A stretch of 64,000 nucleotides of DNA from Mobula birostris (taxonomy: Eukaryota). The position numbers and the translations under genes are program-made. The notes under the pieces are model-generated. The model was not told where the DNA came from and made no database searches. It saw only the letters and a program-made list of their open reading frames with translations. Positions 50,380-64,000 of the stretch are shown piece by piece. Location of the stretch: NCBI RefSeq assembly GCF_030028105.1, contig NC_092377.1, forward strand, positions 96,974,865 to 97,038,864, written 5' to 3'. Positions within the stretch are counted from its first letter, which is position 1, and every line of letters begins with the position of its first letter.

Positions 50380-51080
50380 CAGAATCTACAGAAGCAAGAG
50401 ACTAAATATGCTGGAATATGAGGCATAAACAAGCTGCTGGAGCAATTCAGTAGGTCAGACAGCACTTGTAGAGAGAAAGAAGTGGACAACATTTCAGGTC
50501 GAGGCTTTGCATCAAAACTGAGCATACTGAGTAAGGATGCCAATATAAAGGCGAAAGAGAAAGAAGTGAGACAGTGGGTAATTGGTGGATCTGCATCAAA
50601 CAGGGACTGACGTAGAGGGAGGATGGGCAAATACAGCCAGCTGGTACAGTCTGGGGCTGTACTTGAGAGATAGAGGCTGGGGACTTGGTGGAAACACACA
50701 AGAAAGGAAGAAAAGGCACAAGGAGGCAAGTAGAAAGAGTTAAAAGTGAAGGTAGAAATGGAGGCTAGAGGGTGTTCCTCTGGAAACACAATGTGCAAAT
50801 GTCCACTCCCCTACCTGGTTCCATCCACCTAACTATCACCCACAAGTGTTTTTCCCACTGGTCCTCCTATCCCCTCCTCCGTCTAGTTTCACTTGCCTAA
50901 CAGCCCTCTCTTATCTGGTTCCACATTACGCACCAAACCCTGTCTTATCCCCTCTCCCTCGCATCTTTATATGGGCTGCCCTCCTTCTGTGCCCTTAGTC
51001 CTGATGCAAGGTTTTAACACAAAATACCAATCATTCCTTTCCCTCCACAGACCTACCAAGTTCCTCCAACAGGTTGTTTC
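50380..51080. mobile_element. Old inverted pair of Penelope-pLTR-like sequences with degenerate hammerheads (~50485-50520 minus, ~50997-51030 plus)
   Basis: Purine-rich arm then pyrimidine-rich arm; gacaacatttcaggtcgaggctttgcatcaaaact and agtcctgatgcaaggttttaacacaaaatac. Confidence 0.55.
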
Positions 51081-52128
51081 TTTAATCTTAGAATTCACAC
51101 TTGATATGGCCCACTAAGAAGCTCATGTGTAGATATTTCATGTCATATACACATCCAATTGTTGCCGAAAAGCAGCGCTACATTAGAATTACAAATGCAC
51201 ACCACTGATGTCAGTATCATAGAATCATCATGCTATTCTGCCCATTGAGGCCCATGCTGGATCCTAGAGTTCAAGAAGGAATAATATGGCAAAAACAAAT
51301 GCAGAAAAATACCACATGGGCTGACAAACTTGTGGATCAGTGTAACTATTGTACAAGCAAACTAAGTAAACTATGTTTGTTAAGCCGTGTGAATGGAAGC
51401 TCAGTAAATCTATAGGCATAAAGGGGAAAATATACTGAGTCTTGAAAATGTGGACTTTTTCTGTTGGTATAAATGTTAGCATTTGCTGAGGCAGTGTGTA
51501 TAATGACATAGCAATAAAATAACCTTATATCTCCTAAAATTAAATGAGCTGGGAAAACGACTATAATATTCAGGCTAGCAATTAAAGTTTTTTGAATAGT
51601 TAACCATGTTACTTGAGATAAACATATCCATAACTTGCATAATACAATTGATTAACCAAGCTTCAGTGATCTCTCCCTTAGCTGGGATAAACCTTGTAGC
51701 TCTGATGCATGACAATACATTGTTAGAGATGCTTGTGGTTGGAGAAGGTGCTATAACTTTCTTGACTTCTTTACTCAAGTGATGCATTGCACCCATTGCA
51801 TCTTAGAAACATAGAAAACCTACAGCACAATAAGGCCTTTCAGCCCACAATGCTGTGCTGAACATGTACTTACTTTAGAAACTACCTAGGGTTACCCATA
51901 GCCCTCTATTTTTCTAAGCTCCATGTACCAAATTCCATCTTCCACAGTGGAAATGCAGTTGGAAGGCTTGCTCATCAGCTTCTTAATTGTCAGTAATCTC
52001 TAACTCTTCATTATATAGCGCACATGATTATATTACACATCACAACACTGAAATTAACCAATTACAAAGTGTATATTAATCACGTTCCTATCTCCGCTGA
52101 CTTAGTTTGACCTAATGTGACAAACATA

Positions 52129-52780
52129 TTAGATTAGATTAGATTACGAGGACACTCAATCCTCGTTTATTGTCATTTAGAAATGCATGCATTAAGAAAT
52201 GATACAATATTCCTCCAGAGTGATATCACAAAAAAAAGGACAAACCAGAGTAGCACTGACAAGACCACATAATTATAACATATATTTACAGCAGTGCAAA
52301 GCAATACCATAATTTGACAAAGAGCAGACCATGGGCACGGTAAAAAAAAAAAGGTCTCAAAGTTCTGATTGACTCCCGATAGCAGGCGGCAAAAGGGAGA
52401 AACTCTCCCTGCCATAAACCTCCAGGCGCCGACAACTGCTGATACATCGGAAGCACCCGACTCGGAGTCTGTCTGAAAACTTCAAGCCTCCGACCAGCCC
52501 CTCCGATACAGCCTCCCAAGCACCACCCTCTGCTGAGCGCTTCGACCCTGCCCCGGCCACCGAGCAACACGCAAAGCCGAGGACTCGAGGCCTTCTCCTC
52601 CAGGGATTCTGGATCACACAGTAGCAGCGGCAGTGAAGAAGGCATTTCAGAAGTTTCTCCAGATGTTCCTTCATGCTCTCACGTCTGTCTCCATCAAATC
52701 AGGATTGTGCATGGCACCATACTTGACAGATTACATTCACCGGAGTGGCTGCTGCGTGCTGCGTCGCGCCACCATCATCT
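52129..52780 (-). mobile_element. GC-rich non-autonomous retroposon with a 3' stem-loop and (AATCT)n tail
   Basis: (AGATT)n at 52129-52145, hairpin acgaggac-actca-atcctcgt, CpG-rich body ending gcgtcgcgccaccatcatct. Confidence 0.65.
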
Positions 52781-53289
52781 CCTCCTCCTTCATTTTCTCC
52801 TCCTCCTTCTATCTTTATCTGAAGGTTTTGGTGTTTAACAAATTTTAAAGGATCCAAAAAAAATTTGTTGTATGCTAACAGCAGTAGGATTGGTGTGATT
52901 GAGAATAAAATAAGAAGTAGATTTTTCACTTTTGGACATTCATTTTGTCTCGTTTTCATTTAGCTGGCTTCCCATTATTGTAGATACATAACTCTACCTG
53001 CTAGAGAAACAATTGTTCATGTGATAAAGCTGCACAAGTATACAAAATCTAATTACAGCAAAATTCCCGACTAGCTTCTGCTTCTGGGCATTCAATTTTC
53101 ATCACTACAATGTAAAAAAAATGAAAGACTCTGCATTAGCTGATGCTTACCTTGTCCATATAGTTCAGCATACCCACACAATGTTCATGTCTACATTTAA
53201 TAAGAATGTAGCACCACCTGCCAAATGAGGAGATTTTTTAAGGAACACATGGTGGTGGAAATGAATGATTTAGGGATGGTATATATATT

Positions 53290-53600
53290 GGCACAGCAAT
53301 ACAGATAGCAGAACTGCTGCCTCATACTTGCAGAAATTTGGTCTCCATCCTAACCTCTGGTGCATCCTGTGTGGAGTGCACATTATCCTATTGACTGTAT
53401 GGGTTTCCTTCTGGTATTCCAGTTTCTTTTTGCATTCCCAATGACATACAGTTTGGTAGTTGTCATTTACCCCTGGTGTACAGCAGGTGACAGATTCTAG
53501 GAGGGCTGTTGGGATCATTATAAGGTTAGTGAAAATGGGTACAGGATAATCAACTCAGAGTGACTACCAATAGGCTTACTTCCATGCTGTATGGCACAAT
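53290..53600 (+). mobile_element. Old V-SINE-like SINE
   Basis: ctgctgcctca...atcctaacctctggtgc...tgtgtggagtgcacatt...gggtttccttctggtattccagtttc. Confidence 0.55.
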
Positions 53601-53695
53601 GTAGTATGAACCTTACTTTTTAGTCCAAAATTACGTTAGATTTGATCATGTTAGATTCAACATCAGACAACTGACAGAAAGAACAATACTGTCAG

Positions 53696-53777
53696 TAACA
53701 CACAAAAAATGCTGGAGGAACTCAGCCGGCCAGGCTGCATCTATGGAAAAAAGTAGTCAACATTTAGGGCCAAGACC
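53696..53777 (-). mobile_element. Short Penelope pLTR end truncated inside hammerhead stem II
   Basis: gctggaggaactcagccggccaggctgcatctatggaaaaaagtagtcaacatttagggccaagacc. Confidence 0.7.
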
Positions 53778-54141
53778 AATACTGCCAGCATCTAGTTTGC
53801 AAAAGAAAATGAAGTCAATATTCTACATAGACCTAATATTTTGTTTTGACTGTTCATCCAGTACTTGATGTCATTTTAAGCAGTCTGATAACATAGAGAG
53901 GGAAGAGGCATTGGGAGCGGTCTTAGTTATCGGCATAAATATCATTATCATCGGAGTAAAAATCATACCAATTCACAATACAGAAGGATGTCGTTCAATG
54001 CACTGCATCTGTGCTAGCCACAAATACCCTAAGGTAATCTCAGCTCTTAGTCTGTGTCTCTTTAGAGAAAGCGACTTAAAGTGCTCAAAATGGTAAATTT
54101 TGAACAAATTAAGGTATCTGTCTCCAGCAGCAATTCTGATT

Positions 54142-57100
54142 TAAGACTATAAGACCGAGAAGCAGAATTAGGTCATTCAGACATTTTGTCTGCTCTACCA
54201 TTCTATCATGGCTGATTTATTATCCCTCTCGACCCCATTCTCCTATCTTTTCTCTGTAACATTTGGCCCCAATTAATCAAGAACCTATCAACCTCTACTT
54301 TAAATATACCTAATGAACTGGCCTGCACAACTTACTATGGAAATGAATTCCACAAATTCACCACCCTCTCGTTAAAGAAATTTTTCCTCATCTTTGTTTA
54401 AATGGACATCCCTCAATTCTGAGGCTATGCCCTTTGCACTCCTCCACTATAGGAAACATCCTTTCCACATCCACACTATCCTGTCCATTCAACATTCAAT
54501 ATGGTTCAATAAGATCCCTTCTCATTCTTCTAAACTCTAACAAGTACAGACCCAGAGCCATCAAACACTCCTCATATGTTAACCATTTAATGCCTGAGAT
54601 TATTTGCATGAACACTCTCTGGACCCTCTCAATGCCAGCATGTCTTCTCTTAAATATGGAGCCCCAAACTGCTCACAATACTTCAAGTGCAATTTGATCA
54701 ATGCCTTATAAATCCTCAGCATTGAGTCCTTGTTTTTGTATACTAGCCCTCTCGAAATGAATGCTAACATTGCACTTACCTTCCTTACCACTGACTCAAC
54801 CTGCAGGCTAACCTTTAAGGAGTCCTGCATGAGGACTCCCAAGTCCCTATGCACCTCCCCATTTAGAAAATAGTCCACACCTTTATTCTTTCTACCAAAG
54901 TGCATGCCATGCACTTCCCTACACTATATTCCAACTCCCATTTCTTTGCCTATTCCCCCATTCTGTATGAGTCCTTCTGCAGACAACCTGCTTTGTCAAT
55001 ATTGCCTGCCCCTTCACCTATCTTTATATTGTCTGCAAACTTGGTCACAAAGCCATCAATTCCTTCATTCAAATCATTCACATACAGTATAATGTGAAAA
55101 GAAGTGGTTCCAACACCAAACCCTACAGCATACCACTAGACAGCGGCAGGCAACCAGAAAAGGCCCTCTTTATTCCCAATATTGGTCTCCTGCCAATCAG
55201 CCAAACCTGTACCATGTACCTTTCTTGTATTACCATAGGTTCTTATCATGCTAAGCAGCCTTATGTGAGGCACCTCATCAAAGGCCTCCTGAAAATCAAA
55301 ATAAGTAACATCCACTGACTATCTTTTATCTATCCTTCCTGTTATTTCCTCGAGGAATTACAACGGATTTGACAGGCAAAATTTCTCTTTGAGAAACCAT
55401 GCTTATTTTAGTCTATTTTATCAGGTGCCTTCAAGTATCCTGAAACCTCAAAGCTAATAATAGACTCCAGCATCTTTCTAACCACTAAAGTTAGGCTAAC
55501 TGGCTTATAATTTCCTCTCTTCTGTCTCCCTCCCTTCTTAAAGGGTGGAATGACATTTAGAATTTTCTGGTCCACTGGAACCATTCCTGAAACTAGTGAT
55601 TCTGGAAAGATCATTTCTAATGCCTTCACAATCTCTTTGAAATCTACCTCTTTCAGAACTCTGGGGTGTAGTCCACCTGTACTACCTACCTTCAGACTTT
55701 TCAGATTCCCAAGCACTTTCTCCTGAGTAATAGCAATGATACTTATTTCCACTCTTCCCAACTATCCCCCTAACGTTCTTCTGTTTCTAGCATGTCTTCC
55801 ACAGTGAAGAATGATGCAAAATATCTATTAAGTTCATCTGCAATTTCTTTGTCCCCCATCACCATCCCTCCAACATCATTTTCCAGCAGATGATCTCCAC
55901 TTTAATCTCTCTTTTACTCTTTATATACTGTATTTAAAAAAATCTTCTTGTATTATTGGCTGGCTTATCTTCACATTTAATCTTTCCTCTATGGCTTTTT
56001 TTAGTTGCCTTCTGTTGGCTTTTAAAAGCTTCTCAATCCTCAACCTTCCCACTAATTTTTGTAATATTTTATACCCTCCCTTTGGCTTTTATGCTGTATT
56101 TGTTTTCCCTTGACAGCAAGGGTTGCTTTATCCTCCCTTTAAAATACTTCATCTTTGGGATGTATCTTTCATGTGCCTTCCAAATTTTTTCAAGAAACAC
56201 CAGCCATTGCTGTTCTACTCTCATCCCTACAGAGTCCCCTTCCAGTCCAATTTGGCTAGCTCCTCTCTTGTGCCTCTAATTTCCTTTACTCCACTATATT
56301 ATTGATACATCTGACTTTAGCTTCTCCATCTTAAACTGCAGGGTGAATTACTGTCTCCTCAGGGTTCTTTTACCTTAAGGTCTCTAATCAAATCTGGGTC
56401 ATTACCTGGGGCTCAATCCAGAATTGCTGTTCCGCTAGTCAGTGGGATGAGGTAAAGCATGAAACACAATCTACCTGTATATTGAAATACCCCACGCTTA
56501 TTGCAACTCTGCCCATTTTACATGCCTTTTCTATCTCCTGTTGTTATCTGTAGCTCACATCCTGGCTACTGATCAGAGGCCTGAATATAACTCTCATCAG
56601 AATCTTTCTACCCTTGCAGTTTCTTAACTCTACCCACAAGGACTCTACATCTTCTGATCCTAAATCATTGCTTTCTAAGGACTCAATTTCATTTTTTTTT
56701 TTTTTTTACCAAGAGCCACCTCACCCCCTCTGCTTACTGCCTGTCCTTTCGATACAATCTGTACCCTTGAACATTAAGCTCCCAATTATGAGCTTTTTTC
56801 AGCCACGACACAGAAATTCCCATCTCTAATTGCACTACAAGATCATCTACTGTATTCCATATACTGCATCCATTAAAATATAATACCTTCATCCATTGAT
56901 CATCCATTTTTGATTTTGGCTCCCTTTTACACTTTAACTCATCTCAAAGATTGCAATTTTGCTTTATTATCTGCCTACCCTTCCTCACAATCTCCTACAC
57001 TATATCTAGTTGTATACCAACTGCCCTTCCACAGTTCTTTCATTCTGGTTTCCAACGCCCTACCAAATTAATTTAAACCCAGCCCCATTGCTCGAGCAAA

Positions 57101-57950
57101 CCTACCCGCAAGGACATTGGTTTAGGTATAACCCATCCCTGATCCTAGCATCTGGAAGGCAACATACCATCCAGGTGTCTGTTTCACGTCCACAGAATCT
57201 GCTTTCTCTTCCTCTATGGAATACTGCACTTCTCTTCTCCCTCCTTCCCTCTGAGCCACAGAGCCAGATGCAGTGCCAGAGACCTGGTCACTGCAGCTTC
57301 CTCCTGGTAAGTTGCTCCTCCCACACCCCCACCAGCTAACTAGTATCCAAAGCAGTATACTTTTTATTAAGGGGAACGGCCACAGGGGTATTCTACACTG
57401 AGTGCCAATTCCATTTCCCTCTCCTGACAGTCACCAGGATACCAGCCTCCTGCAACTTAGGGGTGACAACCTACCTGTAGCTCCTATCCTTCACCTTCTC
57501 ATTTTCCCGTATGAGCTCCATCTAGCTCCAGCTTCAGTTTCTTAACATGGTCTCTAAGGAGCTGCAGCTCAGTGCACTTCATGCAGACAGTTATCAGGGA
57601 GACTGGAGGTCACCCAGAGTCCCTTCATCTCACACAAAAACATACCACTATGTCTGAATTCATTCTGAGCACACTAGCTATGTATTAGCAGAAAAAAAAT
57701 TTACGTTAAACAAACTTACTTACTCAGAACCTTTGCCTGTGCTTGCCCAAACCTGTTCTCATCGAGTTCTGCTGAGCCAAAGCTTGATCACTCTAACACT
57801 GGCCCACTCCACTTACACTTCCCGTCTTCTTATTGGCCCGATGCTGATGGCAACCCATCGAAAAGAGCTCTGGAGCTTTTTTTAAACTTCTTGCTGCGTC
57901 ATCAATGAACGACCTCTTGCACTGATTGCAGTCTGCTGAATTCTCCCAGG
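54142..57950 (-). mobile_element. Long decayed CR1-like LINE
   Basis: LHPRVLKEV...NVIPPFKKGGRQKRGNYKPVSLTLVVRKMLESII (55408-55761); MHFGRKNKGVDYFLNGE...DLGVL...SAMLAFISRGL (54600-54914); ORF1-like remnants ~57100-57650. Confidence 0.8.
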
Positions 57951-58899
57951 TTGTTCCACCAAGTAACTTAAAACCACATCCTCAAATATGTGACCTTTCT
58001 GCAGATGAAGAGGGGTCCTATTTAACCAGACCCCTCATAAATTTAAATGGTTCAATTAAGCCTCAACTCTTTTTCCAAAGAATACAACCCCAATCTAGAC
58101 AGTCTTTTCTTATAACTACAGGCTGACCCTGAGTAAAAAATAGGCACTGTTGCACCAATATCCATAAGTCAATTTGTCCGTACATTAGAAAATACTCAAT
58201 AATTACTTGATATGGTAACTATACCTGCACAGTATTGTAATGAATGGCGTGAAAAGATAAGATTGTTAAGTAAGAAAAGTTAAGAAAACTGGAGAAAGAA
58301 AAGACTAATTCTGTCATTGCTGTGTAGGAATTTTGAATTTCTTAATTTATAGGAGGTCTTTCACATACTGTCCATGTTGGGCTTTCATAACCCAAGGATG
58401 GCCTATAGAATTCCACTCTATGCCCGCTCAAGAGTTATCACTTCATTCTTGCAGTATTGTAAGAACTGTACACAATATTCAAACTCTAAATATTGTTTTG
58501 TATAAATCTTCCCCAACTACAGTATGTGTGTTTCTATTTTCTGTCTCAGCTAATTAAGGCAAATATACCATCTAATATTTTTAGTAAGCTGGATCACAGA
58601 AGAAAATAGAAAAACCTAACAATGTTTTCTACTTCTCCTGACTAAATACTTATGACAGCTTCTTATCGTAACCAACACATTGATTCATTGGAAGTACAAG
58701 CATAGAATATCACAACACACTGGCACCTATTAGACTATATCACTACCCGAATGAAAGACCTCAGATAGATCCGCATCATTCATGCTATTTCAGGAACAAA
58801 TGATTCTTTTACTAATCACTGCCCAATATGTTCTGTTATCCTGCTCCAAAATAACAGTATCAACAGAAATGTTCCCACAAAAAGACCAATGTTAAAGCG

Positions 58900-59300
58900 C
58901 TCAAAGGACACACAGAGATGATTAATTAATGTTATTGGTCGTCAATTCACCAGAGTAGACTTTGCTCAATTGAGGAAAAGGTGTGTTTGAAAGGAATAAA
59001 AACCAACAGACCTCTCAATAAACTCAACTTCAACCAGGAAGCAGTGATACCTGTCCTCCAATCTGCTTCTCAGACCATGACTAACTGGAGCAGGCATCCT
59101 AAGGCACTGGAAAGATACTACAAAATCCTCAAAATTTACTGAATGGATAAGTGGATCATTGCTAGTCTCCTCTTCTAGACCACTGAGTCCCTAATTTAGT
59201 TCAATCACCTCTATTGAGCAGGCCACATTAATTCCTTGTCCAACTCCAAAACCTGCAAAAGATACTCTATTCCAAGGTTTGTCACAAGAAAAGTGCTCTG
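58900..59300 (+). mobile_element. Possible very old RTE-like LINE fragment
   Basis: gcaggcatcctaaggcactggaaagatac...aaaatcctcaaaatt...ggataag...ggccacatt resembles the RTE C-terminal region; recognition only. Confidence 0.35.
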
Positions 59301-59354
59301 TGTCAAAGGTCAGCTATCTCGTAAAGTTGATTGTGACTTGCAGGTCAAACCCAT

Positions 59355-59822
59355 TTAAAGTTCAAAGTAAATTTATTAACGAAGCATGTACATGTCACCA
59401 GATACTACACGGAGATTCATTTTCTTGCAGGCATTCACAAGAAACAAAATCAACAGAATAAATGAAAAACTGCACTAAAAGTCTAACAAACAATCAATGT
59501 GCAAAAGAAGACAAACTGCGCAAATAAACATAAATAAATAAATAAATAAATACTGAAAGCATGAGTTGTGGAGTCCTTGGAAGTGAGTACACAGGTTGTG
59601 CAATCAGTTCAAAGTTGAGGTGAGTAAAGTTATCCCCACTGCTTGAAGAGACAGATAGTTGAAGAGTAGTAACTGTTCTTGAACCTGGTGGTGGGACCTA
59701 AGACTCCTGTACCTCCTTCCTGATAGCAGCAGCATCAAGAAGACAGCATGGCATGGATGGTGGAGCTCCTTGATGATGCCAACTTCTAAGAAAACAGAGG
59801 TGCTGTTGTGCCTTCTTTGTCA
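59355..59822 (-). mobile_element. Rex/Babar-type LINE 3' end
   Basis: aactgttcttgaacctggtggtgg...tgtacctccttcctgatagcagc parallels 29480-29600; tail aagttcaaagtaaatttatt. Confidence 0.65.
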
Positions 59823-59964
59823 TCGATTTTGGAGGTAAAAATTCCAAAAAGTCAAAGACCGAAGTTGGCAAGTCTGTAGGTAGAGGCCCAAAAGTTGAGT
59901 CTTAAATCTGGCCAGGAACTCTTGCTGGGAGGCCCAACTCTGAGGGTCTGAAAGACCATTCAGA

Positions 59965-60723
59965 CCATAGAACCATACCATAGAATCATAGAAACTACAG
60001 CACAGAAACAGGCCTTTTGGCCCTTCTTGGCTGTGCCGACCCATTTTCTGCCTAGTCCCACTGACCTGCACACGGACCATATCCCTCCATACTCCTCCCA
60101 TCCATGTATCTGTCCAATTTATTCTTAAATGTTAAAAAAGAACCCGCATTTACCACCTCGTCTGGCAGCTCATTCCATACTCCCACCACTCTGTGTGAAG
60201 AAGCCCCCCCTAATGTTCCCTTTAAACTTTTTCCCCCTCACCCTTAACCCATGTCCTCTGGTTTTTTTCTCCCCTTACCTCAGTGGAAAAAGCCTGCTTG
60301 CATTCACTCTATCTATACCCATCATAATTTTATATACCTCTATCAAATCTCCCCTCATTCTTCTACGCTCCAGGGAATAAAGTCCTAACCTATTCAACCT
60401 TTCTCTGTAACTGAGTTTCTCAAGTCCCGGCAACATCCTTGTAAACCTTCTCTGCACTCTTTCAACCTTATTTATATCCTTCCTGTAATTTGGTGACCAA
60501 AACTGAACACAATACTCCAGATTCGGCCTCACCAATGGCTTATACAACCTCATCATAACATTCCAGCTCTTATACTCAATACTTCGATTAATAAAGGCCA
60601 ATGTACCAAAAGCTCTCTTTACGACCCTATCTACCTGTGACGACACTTTTAGGGAATTTTGTATCTGTATTCCCAGATCCCTCTGTTCCACTGCACTCCG
60701 CAGTGCCTTACCATTAACCCTGT
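59965..60723 (-). mobile_element. Young CR1-like LINE 3' end
   Basis: ORF 60275-60691 EQRDLGIQI...LVRPNLEYCVQFWSP...VERVQRRFTRMLPGL...LYSLERRRMRGDLIEVYKIM; (CATAGAA)n-like tail. Confidence 0.92.
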
Positions 60724-61212
60724 AAGGGCCAAAGATTGGAGGCTAGGCTGTGTGTATAGGTAGGAGGATGGTAAAGGGGCTTGTTTTACTGCTGTCTTGT
60801 TTTGTTCTGCTATTGTTACTGTTTACATTGTTCTGTAGAACATTGTGGGTTGCCCTCAGCATACTCTTGTGTGTGTTTGCTGTTAATGCAAATGACACAT
60901 TTCATTGTATGTTTCAATGTGCACCTAAGCTTGAAGCAATTTATTGTAACCAATTAACCTAACAACCAGCATGTCCTTTGCATATGGAAAGAAGCAGAGC
61001 ACCTAGGCTCTAAATCCACATTGTCAGGAGAATATGTAAATTCTGTATAGACAGCACCGACAGAAAAAAAAACAAATGCATGCTTCTGAAGGTGTGAGGG
61101 TGCATTTTTATGCGTTTTTCCCCTTTTCCACCGGGTAAGATATTGGTATTATTGGATAAGATGCAGAAGATAGTGACAGATTCAACATTGCTTAATGTCA
61201 TTTTCATTACAG

Positions 61213-62237
61213 AACACTTCCAGGGCGCCTCGAGGCGACTCGAGTGGGAGCAGAACTCTCAATGGATATGGTTAAATATTCACATTTCAGCTTGACACAG
61301 CTAAAAAGCTCAACCGCTTCCAAGGTCTGTACAGTCAACAAAGATGTCTTAATACGTTTAAACGAACTATCGCTGTTTAGAACTGATGGAAACAATGTCG
61401 ACTGGGGATGGATCCCTCGTAGGTTTCCACTCAGGGATCGTGGCTGCAGGTCAGGGATACAAGTGTGTTTAAGGAAACGATGTTTTAAACTCCCAATTCC
61501 AACTATCTTGCTGGCAAACGTGCGGTAAAATTGATGATCTCAGAGCTACGGTGCTGAACCACAGGAACATTAGGACCGTGTGTGTCCTTTGTTTCCTGGA
61601 ATCCTGGTTAACCCCTTATATACAAGATGCAGCGATTCAGATCTATGGGTTTACTATACACCGTCAGTATAGATCCATAGTTTCTCTCAAAAGCAGTGGT
61701 GGAGGAGCATGCCTCATGATCAGTTCTACTTGGTGCACAAATATATCGGTGCTGTCCCAATTCTGCTCACCAGATCTGGAATATCAAGCAGTTAAGCGCC
61801 ATCCATTTTACCTGCCATGGGAGATTTCTGGAATCATTCCACCTCAGGCCAATGTCAATCAGGCTTTAGATGACCTGAGCAATGGGATTAACATGCACGA
61901 AACAGTGCACCCTAACACCTGACCATCGTTTTGGGGGATTTTAACCAGGCCCGTCTGAAAAAAAATCAATAAACAATTACCATCAACCTATCACTTGCAA
62001 TACCAGAGGAAGCAACACACTGAACCACTATTCCACCACCATCAAGAATGCCTATCATGCTATTCCACACCCTCACTTCAGGAAGTCTGATCACCTGGCT
62101 GTACTTCTACTCTCTGAGAATAGGGAGAGACTGAAGACTTCAGCACCAGCAGTGAGGACTGAGAAGGTATGAACAAGGGAAGCGCAGGAGCACTTACAGA
62201 ACTGCTTTGAATTGGTGGACTGGACTGTATTCAGGAC
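61213..62237 (+). mobile_element. Rex/Babar-type LINE 5' part with AP-endonuclease, interrupted by a Penelope insertion
   Basis: LPIPTILLANVR; VLCFLESWL...GFTIHRQYR...GGGACLMI; ggggattttaac (GDFN); aagtctgatcacctg (SDHL). Confidence 0.8.
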
Positions 62238-64000
62238 TCTTCCACCCCCACTGATGACCCCTTCTCCCATCTTCAACCCTCCTCTTCTTCATGGACACCC
62301 CGCTCTGGTCTTCTGCCTGCTCTGGATCTCTTTATCACTAATTGCCGACGGGACATCAACCGTCTCGACTTCACCGCACCTTGTCCCCGTTCCAACCTCA
62401 CTCCTTCCGAACGCTCTGCTCTCCACTCCCTCCGCACTAACCCTAACCTTATTATTAAACCCGCCGATAAGGGGGGTGCTGTTGTAGTCTGGCGTACTGA
62501 CCTCTACCTTGCCGAGGAACAGCGACAACTCGCGGATACCTCCTCTTATTTACCCCTCGATCGTGACCCCACTAAGGAGCACCAGGCCATTGTCTCCCAC
62601 ACCATCACCGACTTTATCCGCTCAGGGGATCTCCCATCCACTGCTACCAACCTTATAGTTCCCACACCCCGCACTTCCCGTTTCTACCTCCTACCCAAGA
62701 TCCACAAACCTGCCTGTCCTGGCCGACCTATTGTCTCAGCTTGCTCCTGCCCCACCGAACTCATCTCTGCATACCTCAACACTGTTTTATCACCCCTTGT
62801 TCAATCCCTTCCAACCTATGTTCGTGACACTTCTCACGCTCTTAAACTTTTCGATGATTTTAAGTTCCCTGGCCCCCACCACTTTATTTTCACCATGGAT
62901 GTCCAGTCCTTATATACTTCCATCCCCCATCAGGAAGGTCTTAAAGCTCTACGCTTCTTTTTGGATTCCAGACCTAATCAGTTCCCCTCTACCACCACTC
63001 TGCTCTGTCTAGCGGAATTAGTCCTTACTCTTAATAATTTCTCCTTTGGCTCCTCCCACTTCCTCCAAACTAAAGGTGTAGCTATGGGCACCCGTATGGG
63101 TCCTAGCTATGCCTGCCTTTTTGTTGGGTTTGTGGAACAATCTATTTTCCATGCCTACTCGAGTATCTGTCCCCCACTTTTCCTTCGCTACATCGATGAC
63201 TGCATTGGCGCTGCTACCTGCACGTATGCAGAACTCATTGACTTTATTAACTTTGCCTCCAACTTTCACCCTGCCCTCAAGTTTACCTGGTCCATTTCCG
63301 ACACCTCCCTCCCCTTTCTAGATCTTTCTGTCTCTGTCTCTGGAGACAGCTTATCCACTGATGTCTACTATAAGCCTACTGACTCTCACAGCTATCTGGA
63401 CTATTCCTCTTCTCACCCTGTCTCTTGCAAAAACGCCATCCCCTTCTCGCAATTCCTCCGTCTCCGCCGCATCTGCTCTCAGGATGAGGCTTTTCATTCT
63501 AGGACGAGGGAGATGTCTTCCTTTTTTAAAGAAAGGGCCTTCCCTTCCTCCACTATCAACTCTGCTCTTAAACGCATCTCCCCCATTTCACGTACATCTG
63601 CTCTCACTCCATCCTCTCGCCACCCCACTAGGAATAAGGTTCCCCTGGTGCTCACCTACCACCCCACCAGCCTCCGGGTCCAACATATTATTCTCCGTAA
63701 CTTCCGCCACCTCCAACGGGATCCCACCACTAAGCACATCTTTCCCTCCCCCCCCTCTCTGCATTCCGCAGGGATCGCTCCCTACACAATTCCCTTGTCC
63801 ATTCGTCCCCCCCATCCCTCCCCACTGATCTCCCTCCTGGCACTTATCCGTGTAAGCGGAACAAGTGCTACACATGCCCTTACACTTCCTCCCTTACCAC
63901 CATTCAGGGCCCCAAACAGTCCTTCCAGGTGAGGCAACACTTCACCTGTGAGTCGACTGGGGTGATATACTGCGTCTGGTGCTCCCGATGTGGCCTTTTA
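62238..64000 (+). mobile_element. Penelope-like retroelement (Neptune-type) RT region, running off the window; frameshift in the C-run at ~63746-63755
   Basis: Frame open from ~62340: IIKPADKGGAVVV, YLLPKIHK, GRPIVS, MDVQSLY, LRYIDD; nearly identical to 22600-24258 (reverse complement). Confidence 0.95.

Noticed and set aside
51575-51796. 73-aa minus-strand ORF in unique DNA
   Set aside because: Length expected by chance; no motif recognised.
1-64000. CRISPR array, rRNA/tRNA genes, prokaryotic operons, retron-like systems
   Set aside because: The DNA is vertebrate-like. There are no regularly spaced repeats, tRNA-like boxes occur only in SINE heads, and all RT fragments belong to LINE or Penelope classes.

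Overview
Eukaryotic, AT-rich, repeat-dense genomic DNA. The repeat repertoire (HE1/V-SINE-like SINEs, CR1, Rex/Babar, L1, Penelope-like elements) suggests a cartilaginous fish, probably a ray; this is an inference. I found no host protein-coding exon that I can support, so the window looks like a large intron or intergenic DNA. The most interesting system is a young family of Penelope-like retroelements (RT plus GIY-YIG endonuclease, Neptune-type Cys linker). Three large copies lie at 21930-24258, 44418-45680 and 62238-64000, with about eight further short, solo or inverted pseudo-LTR insertions. The pseudo-LTRs carry a minimal type-I hammerhead ribozyme motif (agtc-CTGAyGA-a-gggt-ctcg-gccc-GAAA-cgtc-gact) in intact, CpG-decayed and deleted states. 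Also present are a near full-length decayed L1 with two nested insertions, a four-level transposon nest (Tigger/pogo-like > CR1 tail > ZNF862-like hAT > Charlie MITE), a Charlie-type hAT inside a Penelope pLTR, a Tc1 remnant, a 154-bp TA-flanked MITE, a Gypsy relic and an unexplained ~75-nt hairpin in unique DNA. Boundaries of old decayed repeats are approximate.
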